Positions 9,243 through 20,059 are shown, counted from the stretch's first letter. The stretch is DNA of 64,000 bases from Gemmatimonadaceae bacterium (GCA_051859245.1 JBHYGA010000004.1:996030-1060029), one strand, 5' to 3'. Made by a program: numbers and translations. Notes: generated by a model from the letters alone, not told the origin.

Positions 9243-10945
9243 CGCGAACCGGTGCCGCCGCTTTCATTGTTTCCGCTGCCCGTGGTGGCACGCACAGTGG
9301 GATACGTAATGCCGAGCTGTTCGAGATACGTGCCAAAGCGCGTGGGGTCGTAGTACAACTTGCGCAGCTCCGGACGGAAACGGTTCATCACTTCGGCGTT
9401 CAGCGTGTTCGCCGGCATGTCACCAGCGCGAATGAACGGCTGATACTTCACGTCTTTCGTCTGCACGTCTTTGAAGTACGTCCACGCATCGGCGACCAGT
9501 GATGGCGCGAGCAACAGATCGAGCATGGTCAGCGCCTGCACCTTCGCACCGGCAACGGCGCCCTTGTGTGCAATCGGTGTGGCCATGGCAATCGAGTTGG
9601 CCCAGTTGTGTCCCGGCAGGCCCGGAATGTTCGACGGATACCGCAGTGTGATCGTGGGGATATTCCACGACACGTCACCGATATCGTCGCTGCCACCACC
9701 GGTAAAGTTCTGCACCGTTTCCGACCCGCGCAGCGTACCCGCCTGCGACGAAAGGCCAAACTCCGGCTGACCCAGCTCCTTCTGAATTCCTTTCGCGAGC
9801 GCCTGATCTTTGTCATCCCACGTGGGCATGCCAACGCGCTTGATGTTCTCAAACGTGGCTTCCGCAATTGGCTTGCTGAAGTGCGCCGACCAGCCCGACC
9901 CGAGCACGCGCACCGTATCCAGTTCGGTGTCCGTCATCATCGCTGCGCCCTTGGCAATGCGCTGTCCGATCTCAAACAGCTCCATGGTGCGCGGATAATC
10001 CTGCTCGCGGAAGTAGAACCAGATGCTGGCTGTGCTTGGCACCACATTCGGCTGATCGCCACCGTCACGCACCACGTAATGCGAGCGCGTGGCCAGTCGC
10101 AGATGTTCACGACGATATTCCCAGCCGCTCGCCATCAACATCACCGCGTCAAGCGCACTCTTGCCGCGCCACGGGGCGCCCGCGGCGTGCGCGCTGGTGC
10201 CACGAAACTTGAACTCCGCCGAAATCAGCGCCGCCTGTCCACTCGCGCCCCACGCTACGCCGAGATCATTCGAAACGTGTGTGAAGAGTGCGACGTCGGC
10301 GTCTTTGAACACCCCTTCACGCACAAGGAACGCCTTGCCGGCCATCAGTTCTTCGGCCACACCAGGCCACAGCACCAACGTGCCCTGCAGCTTCTCGCGC
10401 TCCATCAGTTTCTTCACCGCAATCGCTGCGGCCACATTCACAGCTTGACCGGAGTTGTGGCCTTCGCCGTGCCCCGGTCCGCCTTCAATGAGCGGATCAC
10501 GATAGGCCACGCCGGGTTTCTGCGATGCCTGCGGAATTCCGTCAACGTCCGATCCGAGTGTGATGACGGGTTTGCCGCTGCCCCATCGTGCCACCCACGC
10601 GGTCGGCATGCCGGCCACACCGCGCTCGATCTTGAAGCCTTCCTTTTCGAGCATGCCCGTGAGGTAACGCGCCGTTTCGACTTCTTCGAAGCCGAGTTCG
10701 CTAAAGGAGAAGAGCATGTCGACGATTTCCTGCACGCGCTTGGCGTCTTTGTCGACCATGGTGACCGCCTCGGCCTTGAGCTTCTCCAGACGGGGATCGG
10801 CGGGGCGGGGCGGAACATTCACCGCCGGTGCAGCCTGTGCGGGGGCACCGCGCTGGGCGATGGTTACCGCAGGAGACAGCGAGGCGCACAGCGCGCCGGC
10901 CAGCAGCCAGCGGGGTGTGCGAATGAACGCGGGAGATGCAGTCAT
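9239..10945 (-). CDS. M20 family amidohydrolase (AbgB-like) with signal peptide
   Basis: ELGFEE, GHGEGHN, AEE, AHAAGAPW, GGSDDIGDVSW motifs; start set at ATG 10945 preceding a signal peptide. Confidence 0.9.
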   Translation of the reverse strand: MTASPAFIRTPRWLLAGALCASLSPAVTIAQRGAPAQAAPAVNVPPRPADPRLEKLKAEAVTMVDKDAKRVQEIVDMLFSFSELGFEEVETARYLTGMLEKEGFKIERGVAGMPTAWVARWGSGKPVITLGSDVDGIPQASQKPGVAYRDPLIEGGPGHGEGHNSGQAVNVAAAIAVKKLMEREKLQGTLVLWPGVAEELMAGKAFLVREGVFKDADVALFTHVSNDLGVAWGASGQAALISAEFKFRGTSAHAAGAPWRGKSALDAVMLMASGWEYRREHLRLATRSHYVVRDGGDQPNVVPSTASIWFYFREQDYPRTMELFEIGQRIAKGAAMMTDTELDTVRVLGSGWSAHFSKPIAEATFENIKRVGMPTWDDKDQALAKGIQKELGQPEFGLSSQAGTLRGSETVQNFTGGGSDDIGDVSWNIPTITLRYPSNIPGLPGHNWANSIAMATPIAHKGAVAGAKVQALTMLDLLLAPSLVADAWTYFKDVQTKDVKYQPFIRAGDMPANTLNAEVMNRFRPELRKLYYDPTRFGTYLEQLGITYPTVRATTGSGNNESGGTGSR

Positions 10946-11152
10946 GGTCAGAAAGGCGGGCGTGGAGGGGGAGCCAAGGCGCGGCGTCGCGAAGCCAGGA
11001 GCCACTCCCGAAGCTACGAAATGCACCGCGACAATGCTGGCGGATTGCCGGCAAGACTACGTTCCGGAGTCAAGAAACCCTCCGGATCACCATGCGTACG
11101 GCTGGGTATGTGGTTTTGATCACCGTTCTTTCCCCGACGCACCCGCCGTTCG

Positions 11153-13720
11153 ATGCGACAGCTCGCTGCTCCGTTTGGCCTCTGCTTGAGCCTCTGTGTG
11201 ATCGCCGCTCCACTGAGCGCGCAGACGCGTCCCCGTCCTCCCCGCGACACGTTGTCAGACAGCGCGCGCGCCGTGCTGCGCGATATCAACCGCGAGGCGG
11301 GCCGTCTGGGTCGCGCGGCGTACGATAGCGCACGGAAGCCAGTGAACATGTCCGACGAGGTGCGCGCCAGCGCCTTCGCCGACCCGGAGGCCAAGGTCAT
11401 TCTCGAGCGTGCGCGTGTCGCCCGTCTGAGCCAGGACTCGGCGCTGCGCTCGTACCGCGCCGTGACTACGCAGCGCATGTCGCTCGGTCTTGGCGTGCGA
11501 CGCGTCGGGCTTGAGAAGACGCTCTTTCGCGGGGACAACGTAGCGCGCGTTGACTGGTCCAGAGACGGTGGTGTGTGGGTCACGCCGCTCGGCTCGCGCG
11601 CCACGGTACCCATGGCGGGCGCGAACGGGACCGGTGAAATGGTTGACGCGGTGTCGATTCCGTATTTCCCGGGACGTGAATCGCTGTGGATGCCGAGCAG
11701 CAACTTTGGTGTCGTGCGCGCGGACGTTGATGATCGCGAGATCATTCATCCGATCGCGAATGGCGCCGAGGCGTACTACCGCTACGAAACCGGTGATTCG
11801 ATTACGATCACGCTCGACCGCGATCGCAGTATTCGGTTGCGCGAGTTGCGCATTACGGCCAGGCGGCCCGAGTGGCGTGTGTTTGTGGGCACGTTCTGGT
11901 TCGATCAGGAAAGCGGGCAGCTTGTCCGCGCGGCGTATCGATTGGCTGTGCCGATTGAGTTCTGGGATCTCGCCACCGAAGAAGTTGGCTATGAAGAAGA
12001 GCGCAACGCGGTGGTGGCGCGCACGCGAGACTCCATGGCGCGCGAACGGTTGTCACGGGCCGAATATGTGATTGACTCCACGCGTCGGGCCACGCGATCG
12101 AACAATAACGACGATGAGCCGCCCGGTTGGGTGAAGGCCGCATTTCGTCCGGCGCGCGGAACGCTCGATTACATCACGATTGAATACGGATTGTACGGTG
12201 GACGCTTCTGGATGCCACGCGCGAATAGTGCGGAGTTTCACGCGCAGATCGGACCAATGCGTACGCCGTTCAAGCTTGACGAAAAGTTTACGTACGACGA
12301 AGTGAACGGTGATTTCAAAACGCCGCCGATTCCGAAAGCGCTCACGTCGGTTGAACGTCTTGCAATGAACGACAGCATTCGCGAAGCGGGCGGGGACACG
12401 TCGGGTATCGTCACCGAACGTGACGGCGATATCTCCGTTACAGTTAGTGTAGGAAGTGGCAGCGATAGTGTGCGCCAGGCGCGCCGAGACTCAGCATATC
12501 GCGCCAGGAACTGCAAAGAGGGCGATAGCACCTACGTCCGCACCGAGTCGCGTTACAACAACGCGCTGCGCATTGCCTACAACATGCCGTGCGATCGGCA
12601 GAAGCTGCGTAACAGCGCGTTGTTGCCACCAGCCAATATCTCCGACGACGATCTGTTTGATCTCACCACGCGCGATCAGTTGCTCGACGCCCTCGGTCTG
12701 GGTCTGCAACCGGCGTGGGGACCGATGCGCCCCACGTTGCGCAGCGGACTTGATCAGCTGCGCTACAATCGTGTGGAGGGACTCAGTGTTGGTGTGATTG
12801 GTGAGCAAGTGCTCGGTGCCGGATACACCGCGCGCGCCACCGCACGACTCGGGCACGCCGATCTCGAAGTCAACGGTGAACTCGGCATTGAGCGCAGCAA
12901 CGGACGCCGCACGGCGTTTGCCAATGTGTATCGACGCCTGCGCGCCACGGCGCCCGAGTGGGGCAATCCACTCTCGTTTGGTCCATCACTGCCAGCGATT
13001 CTCTTTGCGCGCGACGAAGGTTTTTACTTCCGCACCGTTGGCGCAGAAGTGGGCGATCGTCGCACGGTGAAGAAAGGCGCGTTCGAATGGCGCTTGTTTA
13101 CCGAACAGCAGCGAACTGCGGGCGACAGTTCCGTGGTCGACACCTGGTCGATCGGACGACAGCTCGGGATTGGTCAGTTCCGTACCAACTTTGACGCGTC
13201 CAAACTCTCGGTCACCGGTCTTGAGGCGTCGTGGGGTCGGGTGTTTGGCAACGATCCGCTCGGTTTACGTGTGGTGTCCTCGCTGCGTGCCGAGGGCGGC
13301 ACTGGTACGGTCACGTACGGCCGCTCGTCGTTCGAACTGGTTGCCTCGCGTCCGGTGCGCAACGTGGCCGTGGCTCTGACCACCAGCGCCGGCACCAGTG
13401 TTGGTGATTTGCCGCCGCAACGTGGCTGGTTCCTTGGCGGGCTTCGCACGGTGCGCGGCAGTGCACCGGGCTCATTATTTGGCAACTCGTACTGGTTCGC
13501 GCGTGGTGAAGTCGGCACAAAGTTTGGCGCCGTACGGCCCGTGTTGTTCTATGACGGCGGCTGGGCGGGTTCACGCGACGCGTTCGGCAAAGGCACCATG
13601 CTGCGCGGCGCTGGTGGCGGACTTTCGTTCCTCGACGGCATATTCCGCCTTGATGTAGCGCGAAATCTCGCGCGGAGAGGTGGCTGGCGCACCGATCTGT
13701 ACTTTGAGGCCCCGATTTAG
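11153..13720 (+). CDS. Exported protein with probable C-terminal outer-membrane beta-barrel, function unknown
   Basis: Signal peptide; RYNRVEG, LGGLRTVRG and amphipathic strands ending FRLDVAR...DLYFEAPI. Confidence 0.7.
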   Translation: MRQLAAPFGLCLSLCVIAAPLSAQTRPRPPRDTLSDSARAVLRDINREAGRLGRAAYDSARKPVNMSDEVRASAFADPEAKVILERARVARLSQDSALRSYRAVTTQRMSLGLGVRRVGLEKTLFRGDNVARVDWSRDGGVWVTPLGSRATVPMAGANGTGEMVDAVSIPYFPGRESLWMPSSNFGVVRADVDDREIIHPIANGAEAYYRYETGDSITITLDRDRSIRLRELRITARRPEWRVFVGTFWFDQESGQLVRAAYRLAVPIEFWDLATEEVGYEEERNAVVARTRDSMARERLSRAEYVIDSTRRATRSNNNDDEPPGWVKAAFRPARGTLDYITIEYGLYGGRFWMPRANSAEFHAQIGPMRTPFKLDEKFTYDEVNGDFKTPPIPKALTSVERLAMNDSIREAGGDTSGIVTERDGDISVTVSVGSGSDSVRQARRDSAYRARNCKEGDSTYVRTESRYNNALRIAYNMPCDRQKLRNSALLPPANISDDDLFDLTTRDQLLDALGLGLQPAWGPMRPTLRSGLDQLRYNRVEGLSVGVIGEQVLGAGYTARATARLGHADLEVNGELGIERSNGRRTAFANVYRRLRATAPEWGNPLSFGPSLPAILFARDEGFYFRTVGAEVGDRRTVKKGAFEWRLFTEQQRTAGDSSVVDTWSIGRQLGIGQFRTNFDASKLSVTGLEASWGRVFGNDPLGLRVVSSLRAEGGTGTVTYGRSSFELVASRPVRNVAVALTTSAGTSVGDLPPQRGWFLGGLRTVRGSAPGSLFGNSYWFARGEVGTKFGAVRPVLFYDGGWAGSRDAFGKGTMLRGAGGGLSFLDGIFRLDVARNLARRGGWRTDLYFEAPI

Positions 13721-13731
13721 CAGGACTCTAT

Positions 13732-16011
13732 TTGAGCACTCGCGCACTCACGGGCGATTCTGCGCCACGTATCACAGCGCCGCTATTCGTAGCGGCGCTG
13801 TTTGCAAGTGCCTCCCTGATCTTCGCGCTGCAGCCGTTGTTCGCGCGCATGGTCACGCCATTGCTTGGCGGATCGCCGGCCGTGTGGAACACCTCCATGG
13901 TGTTTTTTCAGGGCGCGTTGCTGATCGGGTATTTCTACGCGCACACGCTGCAGAAATTGAAGTCGCTATCGGCGCAGGTCATTGTGCATGCCTGCGCACT
14001 GCTGCTGGCGTGTGTGGTGCTGCCACTGGCACCCAGTACGCTGCTCGGCACGCCAAATGTGCAGCAGCCCACGCTGTGGTTGCTTGGCGTGCTGCTGCTC
14101 AGTGTTGGTGCGCCGTACATGGTGGCGTCGGCCACCGCACCGCTGTTGCAGGCGTGGTACGCACGCACCGGGCGCTACGACGCAGCTGATCCGTACTACC
14201 TGTACGGCGCCAGTAATCTGGGTTCACTGCTCGGGTTGCTCGCGTACCCGCTGCTGGTCGAACCGAATATCGGCGTGCGCGGCCAGAGTGTGGGCTGGTC
14301 GTGGGCGTACGTGGCCGTAATTGCACTGGTGCTCGCGAGTGGACTCACGGCCGTGGTGGCCAACAAACGAGCGCGACGCGATTCCAATGCCGGCACCGCG
14401 GACATGCCGAACGGCGTTCAGGGCAACACGCTCACGAACGCGCACGATCATGCGCTGGCCACGGCACCAACCACGGTGTGGCGGCAACGCCTGTTCTGGC
14501 TGGCGGCGGCTGCCGTGCCGTCAAGTTTGTTGATCGGTGTGACACAACACATTCTCACCGACATTGCATCGGCGCCGTTTCTGTGGGTGCCGCCGCTGGT
14601 GTTGTATCTGCTCACGTTTGTGGTGGCGTTTCGGAAAGGTTCGCAACCGGTGAGTGGTGCGCTGCTCAGCCTGCACGCGGGTTTTGTCACACTCGTTGTC
14701 GTGCTGCCAAAATCCCCGTCTATCTGGCTCGATGTCGCGCTGCGTTTGGTCACGCTGTTTGTAGCCGCACTCGTGTGTCACGCCGCGCTCGCTGCGTCAC
14801 GCCCTCCCACGGCGCGCCTCACCGAGTACTACAACTTCATGTCGCTTGGTGGGGTGATTGGCGGTGCGGCCACTGCGCTGCTTGCTCCTATGTTGTTCAA
14901 CGGCATCGTGGAGTTTCCGCTCGCGCTTGCTGCCACCATGCTGTTTCGCACACGACACAGTGTGGAATGGGAGTGGCTGGCCAACACGATTCTCGTATTT
15001 GCGGCCGCGGGAATCATCTCGGTCACGTTCGGTTGGCTGGACATCTCGCCGCAGTTCCTCGCAGTGGCTGGCTTTGCGGTGTACCTCAACCGCGGTCGCC
15101 CGATCATCACGATTCCGGTGATTGTGGCCACCATGGTGCTGGTTGACGCACGGCTGGTTGGCGGCACGCAATTGCTGCGCACGCGTACCTTCTTTGGCGC
15201 GTATCGCGTGGTGGAGATTGACCAGAACGACGAGCGGGTTCGCATGCTCATGCACGGCAGCACGCAGCACGGGTTGCAGTTCAGCGATACGGCCAAGGCG
15301 CGCATCCCACTCAGCTATTACGCCGAAGGCGGCGCGCTCTACGAAGCAGTGCGTGAGGCATTACCGGTTGACCGCGAAGCGCAGGGTGCGTTCATCGGGC
15401 TCGGCTCCGGCGCCATGGCGTGCGTGATGCGCGAGGGTGACAGCACCACGTTCATAGAGATTGATCCTGCGGTTGCACGCCTGGCGCAGGATCCGCGCTA
15501 CTTCTCATATCTGGCCAAGTGTCCGAGTACGTCGCGCGTGGTACTGGGCGACGGTCGTCTGGAGATGGAACGCATGGCGCCGGCGTCGCTCGATGTGGTG
15601 CTGGCCGACGCGTTTTCGTCTGACGCGATTCCCACCCATCTGCTCACACGCGAGGCGGTGCGCATTTACATGCGAGCCCTCAGGCCGGGCGGGGTGTTGG
15701 TGCTGCACGTCTCCAATCGACACCTGGCCGTGGTGAACGAGGCGGTGCGCGTGGCGCGTGAGGAGGGGCTGAGTGCGCGCCTCTGGCGGTCGGGAGCACG
15801 CAGCACAGGTACACGGTCGCGGGTGGCCGCTTCGGCATCGGCGGTGCTGATCACGCACACCGAGCGTGCCATGGAGGCGCTGCAGCTTGGCGCGCACTGG
15901 AAACCGGCACCCGTGCTCGAAGGTCGCGCCTGGTCCGACGATTTCATCGACCTGCTGCGCACCATGCGCGAGAAGCCGCTCGACACGCTGCCGACCCCCG
16001 CCATCCCCTGA
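13732..16011 (+). CDS. Fused membrane (MFS-like)/spermidine-synthase-like SAM-dependent transferase
   Basis: LLGGSPAVWNT, DPYYLYGASNLGS membrane part; IGLGSG, EIDP, GDGR, DAFSSDAIPTHL catalytic part. Confidence 0.9.
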   Translation: MSTRALTGDSAPRITAPLFVAALFASASLIFALQPLFARMVTPLLGGSPAVWNTSMVFFQGALLIGYFYAHTLQKLKSLSAQVIVHACALLLACVVLPLAPSTLLGTPNVQQPTLWLLGVLLLSVGAPYMVASATAPLLQAWYARTGRYDAADPYYLYGASNLGSLLGLLAYPLLVEPNIGVRGQSVGWSWAYVAVIALVLASGLTAVVANKRARRDSNAGTADMPNGVQGNTLTNAHDHALATAPTTVWRQRLFWLAAAAVPSSLLIGVTQHILTDIASAPFLWVPPLVLYLLTFVVAFRKGSQPVSGALLSLHAGFVTLVVVLPKSPSIWLDVALRLVTLFVAALVCHAALAASRPPTARLTEYYNFMSLGGVIGGAATALLAPMLFNGIVEFPLALAATMLFRTRHSVEWEWLANTILVFAAAGIISVTFGWLDISPQFLAVAGFAVYLNRGRPIITIPVIVATMVLVDARLVGGTQLLRTRTFFGAYRVVEIDQNDERVRMLMHGSTQHGLQFSDTAKARIPLSYYAEGGALYEAVREALPVDREAQGAFIGLGSGAMACVMREGDSTTFIEIDPAVARLAQDPRYFSYLAKCPSTSRVVLGDGRLEMERMAPASLDVVLADAFSSDAIPTHLLTREAVRIYMRALRPGGVLVLHVSNRHLAVVNEAVRVAREEGLSARLWRSGARSTGTRSRVAASASAVLITHTERAMEALQLGAHWKPAPVLEGRAWSDDFIDLLRTMREKPLDTLPTPAIP

Positions 16012-16125
16012 TTTCCCCCGAACATTTCGTTCGACAGGGGTGAGTCGTCTGGTGTATACTTGGCGCTACGGCGCACTCCCAGCCGGCTCGCCGGTGCTTC
16101 CGTCCCATTCCCATCGCGTGTTGTT

Positions 16126-17496
16126 ATGGCGTTGGATCCCGCCATCCCTGATCTCTCGCGCTACGAACAAAGCAACGCGGACGTGCTGCTGTGGCAGACA
16201 CGGTACCGTGTGTTGCTGGCGTTCCTCGCGGCCGGAAGCGCCGTGTTGTTGCGCACCGTGGGATGGCTCACGGTCTCGCCCGTGGCCGAACAACAGCTTG
16301 GCGCGTCGGCCGCCGATTGGCTGATCAGCCTCTCGGCGCTGGCGTACGTGTGTGTGGTGCTGTTGCTGCATCGACGTGTGCAGAGCATGCGTCGCGCGAG
16401 CCGGGCATTGGCCACGTTCATGATGGTGTGCGATCTGCTGCTGGTCTTTGTGCTGGTCTTCGTGCTGGCGCCCGCGCGCGACTACGACCGTGCACTGCTG
16501 GTCGCACTCTTCGCACTGCAACTCACACACGTGTATTTCGGACGCGGACCGGCGCTGCTCATGCTCGGCGCGACCGCCACCGGCTATCTGTTCATTGTCG
16601 ATGTGGCCATTCGCAGTGGTGCCGAGCTGGCGTGGCCCGAGTCGTTTATTACGCTGACAATTTTTGCCGTGGGTGCGGGATTGGTGACGTTGGTGCAAAG
16701 CCATATGCACGAGCGCTTGTCACGCCTGCTCGACATGTTCGCGCGCGCGGAAGACGGCGACTTTTCGGCGTCGTACGATGTGCAATCAGACGTGCGCCCC
16801 GATGCTATCACCCACGTGGGACGCGCGTACAATCGCATGCGTGCGCACCTCGCCGATATCGTGGAGACCGATCCGCTCAGCGGCTGTCTCAATCGTCGCG
16901 GCTTTGAGCAGCAGCTGCGTCGGGAGCTTGCGCGCGCGGCGCGTGCGCAAACGGAGCTCGCGATCATTGATATTGATCTCGATCACTTCAAGCAGATCAA
17001 CGACACATTCGGTCACCTTGCCGGCGATCGGGTGATTACCGAGGCCGGCGAGCTGCTGCGCGCCAACGCGCGTGTGGGGGACATCGTCGCGCGTACAGGT
17101 GGTGAAGAGTTCTCCATTCTGGCGCCGGGTAGTGGCGTAGCCGGCGCGCAGCATCTTGCGCTGCGCATTGTGGAGGCGTTCCGTCGCCGTGAGTTTGGCG
17201 ACGCGCTGCGCATTCCTGTCACGGCGTCGGTTGGTGTGGTTGCCGATACCGTCACCGACGAAGCGATTGCCGAAGATCTGCTCGCGCGCGCTGACGAAGC
17301 GCTCTACGCGGCCAAGCGCAGTGGTCGCAATCGCGTGGTCGTGTGGTCGCAGGGGCTGGCGGCACTGCGTGCGGGCCAGCCCCCGGAGCGTGATGCGCGA
17401 TTAACCTTTCCGCCCGACGACACGCTCGGCTCAAACTCCATGCAGGAGCTTGAGCCGCCGCGTCGCGTTATGGGAGGCGGAACGTTCCGTCGGTAA
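16126..17496 (+). CDS. Membrane-bound diguanylate cyclase (GGDEF)
   Basis: TM helices, HAMP-like linker, DPLSGCLNRR, DLDHFKQINDTFGH, RxxD I-site and GGEEF. Confidence 0.93.
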   Translation: MALDPAIPDLSRYEQSNADVLLWQTRYRVLLAFLAAGSAVLLRTVGWLTVSPVAEQQLGASAADWLISLSALAYVCVVLLLHRRVQSMRRASRALATFMMVCDLLLVFVLVFVLAPARDYDRALLVALFALQLTHVYFGRGPALLMLGATATGYLFIVDVAIRSGAELAWPESFITLTIFAVGAGLVTLVQSHMHERLSRLLDMFARAEDGDFSASYDVQSDVRPDAITHVGRAYNRMRAHLADIVETDPLSGCLNRRGFEQQLRRELARAARAQTELAIIDIDLDHFKQINDTFGHLAGDRVITEAGELLRANARVGDIVARTGGEEFSILAPGSGVAGAQHLALRIVEAFRRREFGDALRIPVTASVGVVADTVTDEAIAEDLLARADEALYAAKRSGRNRVVVWSQGLAALRAGQPPERDARLTFPPDDTLGSNSMQELEPPRRVMGGGTFRR

Positions 17497-18412
17497 CGAT
17501 CACGCTGCGTCCTGCAACACGCACCGCCGTGATCGAGCCGTTGGTTTTGTCCGCTTCAATATCCAGGCGCGAAGGACGCTGCATTTCCACACCCTGCGCG
17601 ACGCGCCAGCCAAGTGTGCCATCCCGCGGGGTGCGGGCTGCGAGATAACCGGCCAGGCACGCGTTTGCTGAACCGGTCGCCGGATCTTCTGGCACGGAGA
17701 GTCCCGGCACAAACACACGCGCGCGAATGTCGGCATCGTGCAGTGCCGCGGGTGCGTCTGCACGATCGGCGTCATCACGCACTACGGCGAACACCATCGG
17801 CTCACTCGCCCAACTGCCTTCCACGTGCTTCTCCCACTGCTGCGTGTGCACGCGCGCACGACGCACCGCATCCACAGATGCGAGCGGGACGATCAGGAAC
17901 GGCAAACCACACGACACACCGGCCGGCATGTGCGTGCCGCCAACAAAATCTGCTTCCGCGATCCCAAGCACCTGCGCCAGCTGCGGAATTGTTGGCACGC
18001 CTTCGGTGCGTTCTTCCGGGAGCTGCGCGGTGGTGAGCTGTGCCCACACCGGTGCGCCGTTTTCACAGCGCACCGTAACCGGTACCAGCCCAACATTCTC
18101 CCCGAGCACAACCTGCACCACGTCTCCAGTAATCGGCACCTCACCGCTGGCAACCAACACGTGCGCGGTTCCGAGTGTGGGATGTCCCGCGAACGGCACT
18201 TCACCACCCGGCGTGAAAATGCGCACGCGACGCGTGGTGTCTTCGCGTTCTGCGGCAAAGACAAAGGTGGTTTCGGAATAGTTGAACTCACGCGTAATCG
18301 CGAGCAGCGTTTCCGTTGGCAGACCTTCGGCACCGAACACCACGGCGAGCTGATTGCCCGCCAGTGGCGTGTCGGTGAACACATCGCAAGTGTAAAAGCG
18401 CAATGTGCGCAT
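17468..18412 (-). CDS. PhzF family isomerase
   Basis: DVFT...GNQLAV, SETTF, EVPFAGHPTLG, EDPATGSA motifs. Confidence 0.95.
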   Translation of the reverse strand: MRTLRFYTCDVFTDTPLAGNQLAVVFGAEGLPTETLLAITREFNYSETTFVFAAEREDTTRRVRIFTPGGEVPFAGHPTLGTAHVLVASGEVPITGDVVQVVLGENVGLVPVTVRCENGAPVWAQLTTAQLPEERTEGVPTIPQLAQVLGIAEADFVGGTHMPAGVSCGLPFLIVPLASVDAVRRARVHTQQWEKHVEGSWASEPMVFAVVRDDADRADAPAALHDADIRARVFVPGLSVPEDPATGSANACLAGYLAARTPRDGTLGWRVAQGVEMQRPSRLDIEADKTNGSITAVRVAGRSVIVTDGTFRLP

Positions 18413-18421
18413 AAACGTGTG

Positions 18422-20059
18422 TTACTCCTCGCCGAGGAACGGGTAACGCCAATCCGTTGGCGGGCTGAACGTTTCCTTGATGTTTCGTGCGCTTACCCAG
18501 CGCACCAGGTTGAGCTTGGAGCCGGCCTTGTCGTTCGTGCCAGACGCGCGCGCACCACCAAATGGCTGCTGACCAACCACGGCGCCCGTGCACTTATCGT
18601 TCAGATACAGGTTGCCAGCGGCCTGACGCAACACGGTGGACGCGTGATGCAGCGCCGAACGATCCTGTGCGAGAATCGCACCGGTGAGCGCGTACGGTGA
18701 CGTGGTATCCACGAGCGTGAGTGTTTCTTCCCACTTGGCGTCGTCGTACACATGGCAGGTGAGAATCGGGCCAAAAATCTCTTCGCACATGAGTGTGTGC
18801 GACGGATCAGTGGCTTCGACCAACGTGTTTTCGACAAACCATCCCGTGCTGCGATCCGTGCCGCCGCCGGCGATCACCGTGGCGGAGTCTTTCGCCATGG
18901 CCAGATATTTCGCATTACGATTGAACGCTTTTTCGTCGATCACGGCGCCGGTGAAGTTCCGGAAATCACGCACGTCACCCATGCGCATGTCGGCCATCAT
19001 GGCTACACAACGGTCGCGCACTTCGGGCCAGAGGGAACGCGGAATGTACGCGCGGCTCGCGGCTGAACACTTCTGTCCCTGGTACTCGAATGCACCGCGC
19101 ACCATGGCCACGGCGAGCACCTGCGGATCGGCAGACGCGTGCGCAAGAATGAAGTCCTTGCCACCGGTTTCACCAACAATGCGCGGATATCCACGATAGC
19201 GACCCATGTTGCGGCCGATCGTATCCCACATGCCGTTGAACACACCGGTGGATCCCGTAAAGTGCACGCCTGCAAGCGCTGGATCGGTGAGCGCACGCTC
19301 GGAGATCATGACCGGATCGCCCGGCAAAAAGTTGATCACACCCGGCGGCAACCCGGCGGCTTCCAGCAGCTGCATGGTGTACCACGCCGACAACATCGCC
19401 GAGGCAGCGGGTTTCCACAGCACCGTATTGCCCATCAGCGCCGGCGCCGTGGGCAGGTTGCCACCAATGGCCGTGAAGTTGAACGGCGTGACGGCGTACA
19501 CAAATCCTTCGAGCGGACGATAGTCGAGCTGATTCCACATCGTGTTGTTCGAAATCGGCTGCTCGGCGTACAGATCCTGCGCGAACTGCACATTGAAGCG
19601 CCAGAAGTCGATCATCTCACACGCCGCGTCGATCTCGCTCTGAAACACGGTCTTGGACTGGCCGAGCATGGTAGCCGCGTTGAGCGTGTCGCGATGCGTG
19701 GTGGCGAGCAACTCGGCGGCGCGCAGGAACACGGCCGCGCGATCTTCCCAGCGGGTATTGGCCCAATCACGCTGCGCCTTTTCTGCGGCGGCAATCGCGG
19801 CGCTCACATCTTCAACGCGCGCCTTGTGGTACCTGGCCAGCACGTGTGAATGCACACACGGCATGGTGGCTTCACCCATGTCGCCGGTGTGAATGTGTTT
19901 GCCACCTACGACGACCGGAATTTCCGGCTGCTCCGAAGCCATGCTCGCCAGGCGCGCCTTGAGGGACTTCTTCTCGGGCGAACCGGGTGCGTAGGCGCGA
20001 ATCGGCTCATTGATCGCAGGCGGTATGCGGCGCGTACCGTCGAAAGCAGCGAAAGACAT
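18422..20059 (-). CDS. pruA: L-glutamate gamma-semialdehyde (P5C) dehydrogenase
   Basis: ALDH fold: PFNFTAI, FTGST, ETGGK, FEYQGQKCSA, EEIFGP, GTNDKAG. Confidence 0.95.
   Translation of the reverse strand: MSFAAFDGTRRIPPAINEPIRAYAPGSPEKKSLKARLASMASEQPEIPVVVGGKHIHTGDMGEATMPCVHSHVLARYHKARVEDVSAAIAAAEKAQRDWANTRWEDRAAVFLRAAELLATTHRDTLNAATMLGQSKTVFQSEIDAACEMIDFWRFNVQFAQDLYAEQPISNNTMWNQLDYRPLEGFVYAVTPFNFTAIGGNLPTAPALMGNTVLWKPAASAMLSAWYTMQLLEAAGLPPGVINFLPGDPVMISERALTDPALAGVHFTGSTGVFNGMWDTIGRNMGRYRGYPRIVGETGGKDFILAHASADPQVLAVAMVRGAFEYQGQKCSAASRAYIPRSLWPEVRDRCVAMMADMRMGDVRDFRNFTGAVIDEKAFNRNAKYLAMAKDSATVIAGGGTDRSTGWFVENTLVEATDPSHTLMCEEIFGPILTCHVYDDAKWEETLTLVDTTSPYALTGAILAQDRSALHHASTVLRQAAGNLYLNDKCTGAVVGQQPFGGARASGTNDKAGSKLNLVRWVSARNIKETFSPPTDWRYPFLGEE

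Noticed and set aside
9566..11119. 517-aa + strand ORF
   Set aside because: Antisense shadow of the well-supported M20 amidohydrolase; no motifs, typical of high-GC DNA
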